Below are positions 1 through 10,553 of a stretch of 64,000 bases of DNA, in pieces. Made by a program: the position numbers and the translations under genes. The notes beneath the pieces were generated by a model that was not told the DNA's origin, did not search any database, and saw only the letters and a program-made list of their open reading frames with translations. How positions within the stretch are numbered: position 1 is the stretch's first letter; every line of letters starts with the position of its first letter. Origin of the DNA: Spirosomataceae bacterium (GTDB lineage Bacteria; Bacteroidota; Bacteroidia; Cytophagales; Spirosomataceae); the NCBI GenBank assembly GCA_043777595.1, contig JAYWHT010000044.1, positions 73,060 to 137,059 of the forward strand, given 5' to 3'.

Positions 1-1334
1 CCACTCATTTTTATGCGGGCAAATTGACCTTCAACCAAAGTACAACCAACGTCAATGTGTCCAAACCGTTTTATAATTTAGGCTTTGCCAAATTCTTGAA
101 CATCGCTTTTGGTTCTGAATTTAGAATTGACAATTACCAAATACAAGACGGCCAAGAAGAATCTTGGAAAGACTATAATCCTGTGGGTACTTCGGCGGCC
201 AATCTCAAAGGGGCTGGTGTTCAGGTTTTTGGTGGTTTTCGGCCTTCTAATGTCGTAAATGTCAATCGGTCTAACATTGGGTTATATACAGACATAGAGT
301 CAGATTTGACAGAAAAACTATTGGTAGGAGTGGCGGCACGTTACGAAAATTACAGCGATTTTGGCTCAAATCTATCTGGCAAACTGACGGCTCGTTATAA
401 ATTCTCTGATCTGTTTTCATTACGTGGTAGTGTCAATCGAGGTTTTAGAGCGCCATCTTTGCACCAAAAACATTTTAGCTCGGTTTCTACACAGTTCATT
501 ACCGTAGCAGGAGTCAACCAGCAACGAGAGGTAGTAACAGTCAGAAACGACGACCCTATTACCAAAAACTTAGGTATTCCGACGCTCACGCCCGAAACAT
601 CGTTGAGTTATAGCGTTGGTTTTACATCTAATATTGCCAAAAAACTCATCTTAACGGTTGATGCCTACCAAATAGACATCAAAGACAGGGTAGTTATCTC
701 AGGCCGTTTTTCGAGTACTGTTCCGCAGTTGGCTTCTTATTTTGTGGGAACTGGCGTAACCGAAGCCCAGTTTTTTACCAATGCCATTGATACCCAAACC
801 AAAGGCTTAGATGCCATTTTGACCTACACCGAAAAAATGGGTACAAACCAAGACTTGACATTTAATGCGGCCTTGAACCTAAACAAAACAACGATTTTGG
901 GCGGTGCCACGGGCATACGGACACCTACCCAACTACAAGGACTTGGCGAAACATTGCTGAACAGAGAAGAGCGAGGGCGGTATGAGGTGAACCAGCCCAA
1001 AAGTAAAATTATTTTATCGGGCAATTATAGAATCAATAAATTCAATGTGCGTATTCAGGCCACTCGTTTTGGTGAAATAGCCACTATTGCGCCCGCAGAT
1101 GCAGCCCAAGACCAAGTTTTTGCGGCCAAATGGATTACCGACGTATTGGCGGGCTACCAGATTTCTAAAAATGTTAAATTATCGGTTGGGGCCAATAACC
1201 TGTTTGATGTTTATCCTGACAAAGTATATGACCCCCGCCTGACCAATGACGGTACAGTGGTTTATAGTCGTTTTGCTACTCAGTTTGGGTTCAATGGGGG
1301 CTATTATTTTACTAACCTAAATTTTACGTTTTAA
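1..1334 (+). CDS. TonB-dependent outer-membrane receptor, C-terminal beta-barrel part (5' end outside window)
   Basis: The frame is open to the window edge (ORF track 24..1334 begins at an internal TTG). The sequence has a beta-strand-rich alternating pattern and ends in the terminal aromatic '...GGYYFTNLNFTF' typical of TonB-dependent receptors. Confidence 0.8.
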   Translation, partial: THFYAGKLTFNQSTTNVNVSKPFYNLGFAKFLNIAFGSEFRIDNYQIQDGQEESWKDYNPVGTSAANLKGAGVQVFGGFRPSNVVNVNRSNIGLYTDIESDLTEKLLVGVAARYENYSDFGSNLSGKLTARYKFSDLFSLRGSVNRGFRAPSLHQKHFSSVSTQFITVAGVNQQREVVTVRNDDPITKNLGIPTLTPETSLSYSVGFTSNIAKKLILTVDAYQIDIKDRVVISGRFSSTVPQLASYFVGTGVTEAQFFTNAIDTQTKGLDAILTYTEKMGTNQDLTFNAALNLNKTTILGGATGIRTPTQLQGLGETLLNREERGRYEVNQPKSKIILSGNYRINKFNVRIQATRFGEIATIAPADAAQDQVFAAKWITDVLAGYQISKNVKLSVGANNLFDVYPDKVYDPRLTNDGTVVYSRFATQFGFNGGYYFTNLNFTF

Positions 1335-1338
1335 ACCG

Positions 1339-2595
1339 ATGAAGTCAAGACACAAAGCACTGTTGTTGCTCATCAGTTTATCGACCATTACATACATCGA
1401 CCGAACTTGTATTTCGTTGGTAGCGACCGATATTAAGGCAGACCTAAAAATAGGAAATGATACTTGGGGCTGGATATTGAGTGCTTTTGCGCTGGCTTAT
1501 GCCTTGTTTGAGCTACCAACGGGCGTGATGGGCGACCGAATTGGCCCCCGCAAAACCCTTACTCGGGTGGTGGCTTGGTGGTCGGCTTTTACGTTTGCAA
1601 CAGGTCTTGCCTTTAACTGGCTTTCGATGCTAATTATCAGATTTTTGTTTGGTGCAGGCGAAGCAGGAGCATATCCCAACGCTTCAATCGTTGTTTCTCG
1701 GTGGTTTCCCAAACAAGAAACGGGTCGTGTGCAAGCCTATATTTGGGGTGCTGGTCGAGTTGGTGGCGTGCTGGCCCCGTGGATAGTGATTCCGATTGCC
1801 GCACACTATGGTTGGCGAATGTCGTTTTATGTGCTGTCTGTCATTGGCATTGCTTGGGCTGTTGTCTGGCATTATTGGTTCAGAGATTTTCCGAATTTAA
1901 AGACCGACATCTCAAAAGACGAATTGGCTTATATCGAATCCAATCGCCAATTTAAAGTTCATTCGCACCACATTCCCTGGAAACAAATATTGAGAAGCCG
2001 CAATATGTGGGCTTTGATGCTGATGTTTCATTTTTTTATGTACGGGGCGTACTTTTTTACGGCTTGGCTACCTATTTATTTGAAAGAAGGCCGAGGGTTT
2101 TCGACAACTCAAATGCAACTATTTGCTACGTTACCATTTGTATTTGGGGCAATCGGCTGTTTGGTAGGTGGTTATCTGAGCGATTGGCTTATCTCTATTT
2201 TTGGGCTAAAAATCGGGCGCAGGAGTGTTGGCATTATGGGAATGGGCGTGTCGAGTATTATTATTTTGGCCGCCGCCACCACTACCGACAACCAAATGGC
2301 GGCCTATTTACTGGCAATCGGCATGGGTTTCAAAGATTTGACATTGCCCGTAGCTTTTGCCGTGTGTGTTGATATTGGGCGCGATAAAGCTGGTACGGTT
2401 TCGGGCGCAATGAACATGGTGGGGCAACTCGGGGCGGTGTTTTTGAGTTTGTTGTTTGGCTATATCGTACAACTAACGGGCGACTTCAACAAACCGCTGT
2501 ACTTGATTGCTACTTTGCTAATGTGCGGCTGTGGGCTATGGTTTTTGATTGACCCAACCAAACCTGTTTATCAAGAAGAAGTAGGCACAATATAA
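1339..2595 (+). CDS. MFS transporter (anion:cation symporter/ExuT-like)
   Basis: 418 aa with about 12 hydrophobic segments and the MFS motif-A-like 'GVMGDRIGPRK'. It starts 5 nt after the receptor gene. Confidence 0.8.
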   Translation: MKSRHKALLLLISLSTITYIDRTCISLVATDIKADLKIGNDTWGWILSAFALAYALFELPTGVMGDRIGPRKTLTRVVAWWSAFTFATGLAFNWLSMLIIRFLFGAGEAGAYPNASIVVSRWFPKQETGRVQAYIWGAGRVGGVLAPWIVIPIAAHYGWRMSFYVLSVIGIAWAVVWHYWFRDFPNLKTDISKDELAYIESNRQFKVHSHHIPWKQILRSRNMWALMLMFHFFMYGAYFFTAWLPIYLKEGRGFSTTQMQLFATLPFVFGAIGCLVGGYLSDWLISIFGLKIGRRSVGIMGMGVSSIIILAAATTTDNQMAAYLLAIGMGFKDLTLPVAFAVCVDIGRDKAGTVSGAMNMVGQLGAVFLSLLFGYIVQLTGDFNKPLYLIATLLMCGCGLWFLIDPTKPVYQEEVGTI

Positions 2596-2615
2596 AAACG
2601 AGTTGCGTTTCAATT

Positions 2616-3692
2616 TTATGGCTTCATCACCTCCGCCAGTTTGGCTTCGAGGGCGTCGCCTCTTAGGTTTTTGGCAATGACTTTGCCGTCTTTATCAAGC
2701 AAGAAAGCGGCTGGAATACCATTTACCCCATAAGTTTGTGCCACAACAGAGTTCCATTTTTTGAGTTCCGACACGTGGCTCCACGTTAGGCCGTCTTTGG
2801 CAATGGCTTTGAGCCAACTTGCTTTGTTGTCGTCTAATGACACACTCAATATCGTAAAACCTCGGTCTTTGTATTTGTTATAAACCTGTACCACGTTGGG
2901 GTTTTCTTGGCGGCACGGCCCGCACCAACTTGCCCAAAAGTCTATCAAAACATATTTGCCTTTCAGCGACGACAATTTGAGTTCTTTGCCAACTGTGTCG
3001 GGAATGGCTATTTCTGGGGCTGTATCGCCTATTTGTACGCCTCTCATACGCCTCACGTTGCCTACAAAAACCTGCCCTTGTTTCATATTGGGGCGTTCTT
3101 TTTCAAACTTACGAGCCAGTGTATCGAGGGTCTTGAAGTCGGTTTGGGGGTCTATAAAATTGGTGGCAAACAGTGCAGCCATCGATGTTCCCAAACTCGG
3201 TATGAGTGCTTTTATTTTTGTACTAAACGCCGCTCCGCTTGTTTCGTAGCCAGCCATGATTTCGGCCAATTTTTTTTGGTCTTTTTTCTTTTCGGCTTCG
3301 GCATACTCGTTTTGGCGTTTTTGGTTTTCGGCTACCATACCCTGATACAATTTCATCAGATTTTGATAATCGTCATTGGCTTTCGACCCTCTGACAGTCA
3401 TGTCGGGCTGTAGTACCAAGGTCTCGCCACCTTCGGCCAAAAACATCACTCGCTGGCGTTTGGCAATATTCAACTGATAAATACTGCCCTGATCGGCTTC
3501 TTGTCGTTTGAAACTAAAACCGTTTTTAGCATCGACCAATACCGAATCAACGACTTTGGCTGGCTGACCGGCAAGCTCTAAATAGATTTTTTCGCCAGCG
3601 GTAGCAATTTTAGTAGTACCCGAAATCGTAAATTCTTGTGCCTGAACGCAGGCAGCCGTACTGATTAGTAATGCAGTTATTATTCTTTTCAT
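2616..3692 (-). CDS. TlpA/ResA-family thiol:disulfide oxidoreductase with N-terminal extension
   Basis: Signal peptide 'MKRIITALLISTAACVQAQ' and the thioredoxin-fold active site 'FWASWCGPCRQENP'. Confidence 0.85.
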   Translation of the reverse strand: MKRIITALLISTAACVQAQEFTISGTTKIATAGEKIYLELAGQPAKVVDSVLVDAKNGFSFKRQEADQGSIYQLNIAKRQRVMFLAEGGETLVLQPDMTVRGSKANDDYQNLMKLYQGMVAENQKRQNEYAEAEKKKDQKKLAEIMAGYETSGAAFSTKIKALIPSLGTSMAALFATNFIDPQTDFKTLDTLARKFEKERPNMKQGQVFVGNVRRMRGVQIGDTAPEIAIPDTVGKELKLSSLKGKYVLIDFWASWCGPCRQENPNVVQVYNKYKDRGFTILSVSLDDNKASWLKAIAKDGLTWSHVSELKKWNSVVAQTYGVNGIPAAFLLDKDGKVIAKNLRGDALEAKLAEVMKP

Positions 3693-3808
3693 TTTGTTTT
3701 ATTTTTACTTACAACGTAAAATTATTGTCGAACTATGAATATTCAAAGTACAAATGTTCAGTCCTGTACTGTTGCCAAATAAAATTCTAAATGCTTAACA
3801 ACTTCCGC

Positions 3809-4702
3809 CTATCCACATTTTGACAATACTACGTTGTGTGGTGTGTTTTTTTCGGTTAGTAGTTTATAGTCCGATTTTGATACAAATAGGTCACCCTCAA
3901 TAGTGTCCAATTTTGCAATAATTGCTTTTATTGCTTCGTCAGACTGGTCAATTCCTATCCATTGTCTGCCATTGGCTTGTGCAGCTTTGAGCGTTGTTCC
4001 TGAACCTGCAAAACAATCTAATACAATACTGTTTTTATTTGACGACGTTTTTACGATTAGGTCTAATAAGTCTGCATTTTTTTCGGTTGGATAAACTGGA
4101 TATTGGGGGTCTTTAAACTCCCAAATATCTTGCATACGTTTACCTTCTTGTTCGTCAAAGTATATTTTTTTTCTTGGGTTTCCTTTGTCGCTCCACTCAA
4201 TAAGTCCGTCATTGTCTAATTGTTCTAAAACTGAAGATTCGCTTCGCCAATGTCTACCTTTAGGGGGTAAAATACCTTTGAATGCTTGTGAGGTTTTTCC
4301 ATTTTGAGTTTCCCCTGGGGCGTGTAAAGGAATGGTTGTATAGCGTCTGCCGTTTTTATCTAATTTAGGAAAAAGTTTTAATTTATCTTCTTCGGTGTAA
4401 GGTGTTTTGGGTTCATTCCAAATTAAGTTTTCAGACTTAGAATAAAACAAAATTAAGTCTTTCATATTACCATAACCTTTGCGTGCAAAATTTTTGGGAT
4501 TACATTTTACCCTTGTAATGTCGTTTCGGAAGTTTTCAATTCCAAAGACTTCATCCATTAAAATTTTTACATAATGGCCAATTTTGTAGTCAATATGCAA
4601 GTAAATAGAGCCTTTATCTGAAAGTAACATATTTAAAAGAATCAATCGCTCTCTTATGAATTCAATAAAATCAGCCCCTTTTAGCTTAACTGTTCTACAA
4701 AT
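3809..4702 (-). pseudogene. Beta-class N6A/N4C DNA methyltransferase lacking the catalytic N-terminus (5'-truncated)
   Basis: It retains 'FIEFIRERL..GSIYLHIDY..DEVFGIENFRN', 'YPTEK' and motif I 'DCFAGSGTT', but has no (D/N/S)PP(Y/F/W) motif IV. The frame opens only at 4702, after a TGA at 4703-4705. The first ATG is at 4630; the track start at 4645 is a TTG. Confidence 0.6.
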
Positions 4703-5324
4703 TCACTTTCCTTTCAACAATTTTGATATAATTTGATAACGTCGTGGCATCAACCCCTGTTCGATAATACCACAATTCTTTATAAGTCTTCCACCCAGTT
4801 CGATTTCCATCTTCATTATAAATATCAAATTCTTCTTTCATTAGTAAAACATTTCTTTTCCCATCGTTATTAAGCTCCATCTTTACTTCAAATATTAGGT
4901 GGGTGTAATTTTCAACTAATATTTTTATCAAGTCTGCGAAGCGTTGAGACAAAGGAATTGAATTTTTTATAGAGGGAGTGGCTATTTTTACACTAATTTT
5001 ACTGCGGTCAATAAATTGGGAATTGGACTCATCTAATTTTCCTCCAATAAGGGTGAATAATAAGCACGCCTTATAAAACTCAATAACATAAAATTCTGTG
5101 GAATTTATTCGTTTTAAAACTTGTTTGCAAATCTTTTCTATTGTTAAAGTATCGGTGTTTTCAAATGAAAAGATTGCTAATTTATTTTTCTGAGAATCTT
5201 TATCATTGTTTTGATATTGATATGCTTTTTTTGCACGCTCGATGGTACCAATTCCTATTTTACAGACATCTTTTATTTTATGTTCGTGAACATATAAAAT
5301 TTGTTTCTCATTGTGTGTATTCAT
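4695..5324 (-). CDS. Hypothetical protein with a T5orf172/GIY-YIG-like N-terminal domain and a possible C-terminal HTH
   Basis: N-terminus 'ILYVHEHKIKDVCKIGIGTIERAKK...NSTEFYVIEF' and C-terminus 'TGVDATTLSNYIK'. It starts 9 nt after the upstream ORF, and its stop overlaps the start of the truncated MTase frame. Confidence 0.45.
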   Translation of the reverse strand: MNTHNEKQILYVHEHKIKDVCKIGIGTIERAKKAYQYQNNDKDSQKNKLAIFSFENTDTLTIEKICKQVLKRINSTEFYVIEFYKACLLFTLIGGKLDESNSQFIDRSKISVKIATPSIKNSIPLSQRFADLIKILVENYTHLIFEVKMELNNDGKRNVLLMKEEFDIYNEDGNRTGWKTYKELWYYRTGVDATTLSNYIKIVERKVNL

Positions 5325-5333
5325 TTTATCAGG

Positions 5334-6116
5334 TTATAATTGATATAAAAACTCCCTCAAAACTAATACACTTATAACGTTAAAATCTTTATATAACTCA
5401 GAATAATCTTCGTACATTCTACCATAACTTGATGAACATAAATAACCATCAAGTATTAAGACTTTTTCAACTTCTACACCCTTGGTTTCAACTGCACTAA
5501 TCGCATCATTAAATTGAGCGTTTTGGTGTACCCCAATATCTGTAATAAACTTGGCTTCACCCAACACATATTTACCGTTGAAGCGTGCGATGAAATCCAG
5601 CCCTCTTTCTTTGTTATATCCAAAATGAACATTTGCAAATTCTAACAAAACAGCATCGTTTCCACCCAAAATGGCATTGTCGCTATTGCTCAGAAAAGTT
5701 TCAAGATTTACGGGCTTAATTCCAAGCGATTTGTTTTGTAACCAACGGCTAAACATCGGCCCCATTTGGGTATTAGTCTCTTTGGGTTCTATACATTTTT
5801 CATATAATTTGTCTAAACCCATTTGATACATTGTACCAGCCAATCTGTTTATAGTCTGAGGGTTGCGCACCAAACTTGTACTATCTTTTCTCAAAAACGA
5901 CACATAACTGTTTTTGATAGGAAATTTTTGAAGTTTAAGAAGCCCTGTAATCAATTCTAAATTATCTTGATTGGCAAAAGCCGTCTCAATTTTTTGCCAT
6001 TGATTTTGGTCAATATCTCGCATTCCTTCTGGAATTGTTGGATAGACTTGGAAAAGGTCATCTAAATATGATCTTTGGTTTGCGTATTCTATGCTTAGTT
6101 CTGTCCAATAGTTCAT
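5334..6116 (-). CDS. Putative type II restriction endonuclease-like PD-(D/E)XK protein
   Basis: An uninterrupted 260-aa ORF carrying 'GLDFIARFNGKYVLGEAKF' (D-x12-E-x-K). It is the first gene of an AT-rich three-gene string that ends in a methyltransferase remnant. Confidence 0.5.
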   Translation of the reverse strand: MNYWTELSIEYANQRSYLDDLFQVYPTIPEGMRDIDQNQWQKIETAFANQDNLELITGLLKLQKFPIKNSYVSFLRKDSTSLVRNPQTINRLAGTMYQMGLDKLYEKCIEPKETNTQMGPMFSRWLQNKSLGIKPVNLETFLSNSDNAILGGNDAVLLEFANVHFGYNKERGLDFIARFNGKYVLGEAKFITDIGVHQNAQFNDAISAVETKGVEVEKVLILDGYLCSSSYGRMYEDYSELYKDFNVISVLVLREFLYQL

Positions 6117-6305
6117 GTCACAAAGATAGACAAATTGTTATAATTGTTCTACTCTCAAGGAATTTTGTGAGATGCTTTGGCATAGTACACAACAAACGAA
6201 CAGGCAGGTATTTTGTTGTAAGTAAACTTTCTATTTTAGATTTCTGGGAAGAAAACCAAATTTTAAAATCAGTTATAAAAGGTCATTATGTAGTCAGAAA
6301 CTAAT

Positions 6306-6956
6306 CTATTTTTTTATCTCAAAGCCCGTAACCATGCTCTGAAAGTTGTTCCAGCCTGCTTTGATTACCTGTACGACATGAATGGTAAAAAACAAAACGT
6401 AGCCAATCGTAAGCGCAAAGTGAATGATACGAGCCGTTTCGTAGCCACCCATCAGCCAGCATAAAGTACCAAACTGAATTGGTTTGTAAATCGCTACGCC
6501 CGTCAGCAACGAACCCAGCCCCATCACAACCACCATTGAGTAAGCTATCTGTTGGGCGGCGTTATATTTTTTGATTGGGAGAGGCGTTTTACTCAACCCA
6601 AGGTCGTGTAGTATCACTTGCTTTGCTTCTTTGAGTGCATTTTTGGTTGGAACCAAGTACCGCCACTCGCCCGACAGCCACGTATAAAGCACATACAAAG
6701 CACCATTGACGGCAAAGAGCCACATCAAAACGAAGTGCGTAGCCATGCCATCGGCCAGCTTCGATTTGAGAGCCAATGCTTCATAAAAAGATTTTGGAAA
6801 AAACTTAAGAACTGTTACATCACCCCAACCGATTCTATACACTCCGTTGGCCCAATATATCATCAGACCGCTCCAAATCATCAAGCCCAAAATAGGAAAA
6901 TTGAGCCAGTGAAACCAGCGAATTGCCAAGGGGTGTTTTTTGGTGATTTGTTTCAT
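6306..6956 (-). CDS. Cytochrome b / b561-type membrane protein (YedZ/thiosulfate-reductase cyt b-like)
   Basis: 216 aa with 4-5 TM segments and conserved His residues ('IRWFHWLNF', 'THFVLMW', 'RIIHFALT', 'FFTIHVV'). Confidence 0.7.
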   Translation of the reverse strand: MKQITKKHPLAIRWFHWLNFPILGLMIWSGLMIYWANGVYRIGWGDVTVLKFFPKSFYEALALKSKLADGMATHFVLMWLFAVNGALYVLYTWLSGEWRYLVPTKNALKEAKQVILHDLGLSKTPLPIKKYNAAQQIAYSMVVVMGLGSLLTGVAIYKPIQFGTLCWLMGGYETARIIHFALTIGYVLFFTIHVVQVIKAGWNNFQSMVTGFEIKK

Positions 6957-7011
6957 AGTTAAAGCCGATTAGAGCGAAGACTTCCCTTTGGAGGAAGTCT
7001 TCGGTACTTTT

Positions 7012-9888
7012 TTAAACATACTCTTCGACAGGCGTACAGGCACAAATCAGATTTCGGTCGCCGTAGGCACTATCGATGCGGCTCACTGTTGGCCAAAACT
7101 TATTAGCACGCACATAAGGAAGCGGAAAAGATGCTTTTTCTCGGCTATATGGCCTATCCCAGTTCTCGGTCAATACCACGTTTGCCGTATGCGGAGCGTG
7201 TTTGAGTACATTATTGGCTTTGTCGGCTGTGCCGTTTTCTATTTCTCTGATTTCGTTACGAATCCCTATCATGGCATCACAAAAGCGGTCGAGTTCGGTT
7301 TTAGATTCAGACTCGGTAGGCTCAATCATCAATGTACCAGCCACCGGAAACGACAACGTTGGTGCATGAAAACAATAGTCCATCAGTCGTTTGGCTACGT
7401 CTTCGGCCTCAACTCCAACAGCCTTAAACGGACGACAGTCTATAATCATCTCGTGTGCGCTACGGCCATTTTTACCCAGATATAGTACTTCATAATGACC
7501 TTCCAGACGCTCCTTTATGTAGTTGGCGTTCAAGATAGCCATCTTGGTAGCGTTGGTTATGCCATCGCCACCCATCATGGCTATGTAAGCGTAAGAAATT
7601 GTGAGAATACTTGCCGAACCGAAAGGAGCAGCTGAAACTGCCCCAGCCCCCCCCGCCCCCAATGGGGGAGCTGAGATTGCTATATGGCCTGGCAAAAATG
7701 GTACTAACTGGCTTGCTACGCCGATAGGGCCCATGCCCGGCCCACCTCCACCGTGTGGAATACAGAACGTTTTGTGTAGGTTTAAGTGGCAAACGTCTGC
7801 ACCAATGCTGGCAGGGCTTGTAAGACCCACTTGGGCATTCATGTTGGCACCGTCCATATAAACTTGCCCGCCATGCTGGTGAATGAGCGCACAAATATCA
7901 ATAATTGACTCTTCAAAAACTCCGTGTGTCGAGGGGTATGTTACCATCAGGCACGACAGATTATTGCTGTGCAGCTCGGCTTTGGCTTTGAGGTCATCGA
8001 GGTCAATGTTACCTTGGTCATCGCATTTGGTAACGACCACTTTCATACCAGCCATTACTGCCGAAGCAGGATTTGTACCATGCGCCGACGATGGAATAAG
8101 TGCTATGTTACGGTGTGAGTCGCCTCGGGCTTCGTGGTATGCTCTGATGGTCATTAGTCCTGCATATTCGCCTTGTGCGCCTGAGTTGGGTTGTAAAGAC
8201 ATAGCTGCAAAGCCCGTAATTTCGCAAAGCCAATCGTTCAAGTCTTTAAATAATTGTTGGTAGCCACGGGTTTGCCAAAGTGGTGCAAATGGGTGCATTT
8301 TGCCAAATTCTGGCCACGTAACGGGTATCATTTCGGCAGTAGCATTGAGTTTCATCGTACAACTTCCCAACGCAATCATTGAATGTACGAGCGATAAATC
8401 TTTGCTTTCTAATGATTTTAAATAGCGCAGCATTTCGTGTTCGGTATGGTAGCTATTAAAAACAGGGTGCGTAAGGTAGTCGGACGTTCTGTTTAATTTT
8501 TCTGGAAAACTAATTTCTACATCGCTCTTAATGGTCATTTCGCCCGCCAATCCTGCAAAGTCCGCAAATAGATTGACCAACTGAATCATATCGCCAAATT
8601 GCTTTGTTTCATCAAACGACACTCCTACTGTTCCCTGAGCATTATTATATCTAAAATTAAGCCCCTGCTGCTCGGCTGCTTCACGTAGTTTTTCTGGGTT
8701 TTCTATTTTAATTGTAACAGTATCAAAATAGTTTTTGGTCAAAATCTCGTAGCCTAATTCTGTCAAAACGGTAGCAAAACTTTTTGTTAGTCCGTGTGTT
8801 TTGGCAGCAATTTGTTTGAGTCCTTTTGGTCCATGATAAATTGAGTAAGCCGCCGCCATAACCGAAAGCAACACTTGTGCCGTACAGATGTTTGAGGTGG
8901 CTTTTTCACGGCGAATGTGCTGTTCACGGGTTTGTAGTGCCATTCTCAATGCCCGATTGCCCTGTGCATCGACCGAAACGCCAATGATACGGCCCGGAAT
9001 CTGGCGTTTGAATGTGTCTTTGGTAGCAAAAAAAGCGGCGTGTGGGCCACCAAAGCCCATCGGCACACCAAAACGCTGCGCCGAACCTACCACAACGTCT
9101 GCCCCCATTTCACCTGGTGGTCTGAGTAGCGTAAGGCTCAATAAGTCGGCGGCCACGGCTACAAACAAGTCGAGTTCGTGGGCTGTAGCTATCAGATCGG
9201 TGTAGTCATATACTTCGCCGTTGGTGGCGGGATATTGCAAAAACACTCCATACAAGTCCTCAGCGGTCAAATCAACCGTTTCGTGATTACCTATTTGAAC
9301 TTTAATGTCCAACGGTGTAGCACGGGTAATGATGAGGTCAATCGTTTGGGGGTGGCATAGTTCCGAAACAAAAATAGTATTGGCATTTTTCTTGGCCGCA
9401 GGGCGCAAGCTATGCAACATCGTAACGGCTTCGGCGGCAGCGGTAGCTTCGTCCAAGAGTGAAGCGTTACAAATTTCCATTCCTGTCAAGTCAATAACAA
9501 TGGTCTGAAAATTGAGTAGCATTTCGAGTCGCCCCTGTGCTATTTCGGCTTGGTAAGGCGTATAAGCTGTGTACCAAGACGGATTTTCGAGGATATTTCT
9601 CAAAACTACGTTGGGTACAATAGTATCGTGGTAGCCTTGACCAATAAACGATTTGAAAACAATATTTTGTTGTGCCAACCGCTTGAAGTCAGCCAAAAAC
9701 TGAGCTTCAGATTTGGCCGCTGGCAAGTTGAGCGGTTGCGCCAGTCTGATAACGGCTGGTATTGTCTGCTCTATTAGTTCGTCAAGCGAGCTGGCTTTAA
9801 CGGCTTTGAGCATGGCTGCTAGTTCGTTTTCGCTTTTGCCGTGGTGTCGGCTTTCAAATGATTCTTGTTGATGCAAGTTTACTTTCAT
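7012..9888 (-). CDS. gcvP: Glycine dehydrogenase (aminomethyl-transferring), P protein
   Basis: 958 aa with the PLP-lysine motif '[25 protein letters not shown]' and '[14 protein letters not shown]'. Confidence 0.97.
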   Translation of the reverse strand: MKVNLHQQESFESRHHGKSENELAAMLKAVKASSLDELIEQTIPAVIRLAQPLNLPAAKSEAQFLADFKRLAQQNIVFKSFIGQGYHDTIVPNVVLRNILENPSWYTAYTPYQAEIAQGRLEMLLNFQTIVIDLTGMEICNASLLDEATAAAEAVTMLHSLRPAAKKNANTIFVSELCHPQTIDLIITRATPLDIKVQIGNHETVDLTAEDLYGVFLQYPATNGEVYDYTDLIATAHELDLFVAVAADLLSLTLLRPPGEMGADVVVGSAQRFGVPMGFGGPHAAFFATKDTFKRQIPGRIIGVSVDAQGNRALRMALQTREQHIRREKATSNICTAQVLLSVMAAAYSIYHGPKGLKQIAAKTHGLTKSFATVLTELGYEILTKNYFDTVTIKIENPEKLREAAEQQGLNFRYNNAQGTVGVSFDETKQFGDMIQLVNLFADFAGLAGEMTIKSDVEISFPEKLNRTSDYLTHPVFNSYHTEHEMLRYLKSLESKDLSLVHSMIALGSCTMKLNATAEMIPVTWPEFGKMHPFAPLWQTRGYQQLFKDLNDWLCEITGFAAMSLQPNSGAQGEYAGLMTIRAYHEARGDSHRNIALIPSSAHGTNPASAVMAGMKVVVTKCDDQGNIDLDDLKAKAELHSNNLSCLMVTYPSTHGVFEESIIDICALIHQHGGQVYMDGANMNAQVGLTSPASIGADVCHLNLHKTFCIPHGGGGPGMGPIGVASQLVPFLPGHIAISAPPLGAGGAGAVSAAPFGSASILTISYAYIAMMGGDGITNATKMAILNANYIKERLEGHYEVLYLGKNGRSAHEMIIDCRPFKAVGVEAEDVAKRLMDYCFHAPTLSFPVAGTLMIEPTESESKTELDRFCDAMIGIRNEIREIENGTADKANNVLKHAPHTANVVLTENWDRPYSREKASFPLPYVRANKFWPTVSRIDSAYGDRNLICACTPVEEYV

Positions 9889-9981
9889 TTTTCTAAAAGA
9901 TAGTGTTGTTTGTGCTGTCCTTTTAACTGGTTTAAGATGTTTTTTGTTTTGAGGAAGTTACCGCTCAAAGCGAAGATTTCT

Positions 9982-10281
9982 TTACCCTTCGGCATCATAC
10001 ACCTGTACACGCTCCCAAAGATGGGCGCAAGTGGTGATAAATTCAAGATGTATTGGGTGGTCTTGGTAAATATCTTGGTGGGCAGCGGTGGCAAATACAA
10101 AAGTAATAGACCAGTCGTAGCTTGAGTCAATTACAGGGCGACGAGTGGCTGCTGGTGCACCGATGTAGGCCGCACTGATGTTGGGAATGGCTTTTAGAGT
10201 GTCAAGACCAGCACGCAATGCTTGGCGGTCGGCTGAACTATCAGGATTTTTGAGCCAGAAAAAAACGGTGTGTACGAGCAT
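9982..10281 (-). CDS. Dabb (stress-responsive A/B-barrel) family protein
   Basis: 'MLVHTVFFWLKNP...' through 'HQDIYQDHPIHLEF'. The start is moved to the ATG at 10281, because the track N-terminus (to 10356) is a low-complexity extension. Confidence 0.7.
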   Translation of the reverse strand: MLVHTVFFWLKNPDSSADRQALRAGLDTLKAIPNISAAYIGAPAATRRPVIDSSYDWSITFVFATAAHQDIYQDHPIHLEFITTCAHLWERVQVYDAEG

Positions 10282-10553
10282 AAGTAGTGAATAGTGAAAA
10301 ACGTGTAACGAAAAGTATGGTAATTGTTTAATGATCAAATATTTAAAATAAATCAAAACCTTGTTTATTTCTGTGAAACTATTTAAAAAATGTATGATTT
10401 ATTGAAACACCGACTAAAAGTCGACGCCGTTTGGCTAAACATGAAATGGGCAAATTGATTTAGGTATTTAGACAAAAATAATACGGTATTTCTATTTTTA
10501 TGACCCACTGATTTGCAATATTATACTTAACTCACGACACAAGACTACTCTAT

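Noticed and set aside
6121-6128. A TATCTTTG (TAnnTTTG) box on the minus strand upstream of the nuclease-like ORF, considered as its promoter.
   Set aside because: It ends only 4 nt before ATG 6116. A start site 6-8 nt downstream would fall inside the coding sequence, so it cannot serve this start codon as drawn.
7490-9777. Numerous 60-134-aa ORFs on both strands inside gcvP (for example 7490..7894, 7601..7861, 7883..8263, 8888..9205).
   Set aside because: They are entirely nested in a 958-aa ORF with unmistakable GcvP motifs. Their composition (Pro/Gly/Arg/Ser-rich, no motifs) is typical of off-frame or antisense translation.
9889-9981. A glycine riboswitch upstream of gcvP.
   Set aside because: Only about 93 nt separate the Dabb stop from the gcvP start. 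I could not recognise the conserved glycine-aptamer core, and this is too short for the tandem aptamer.
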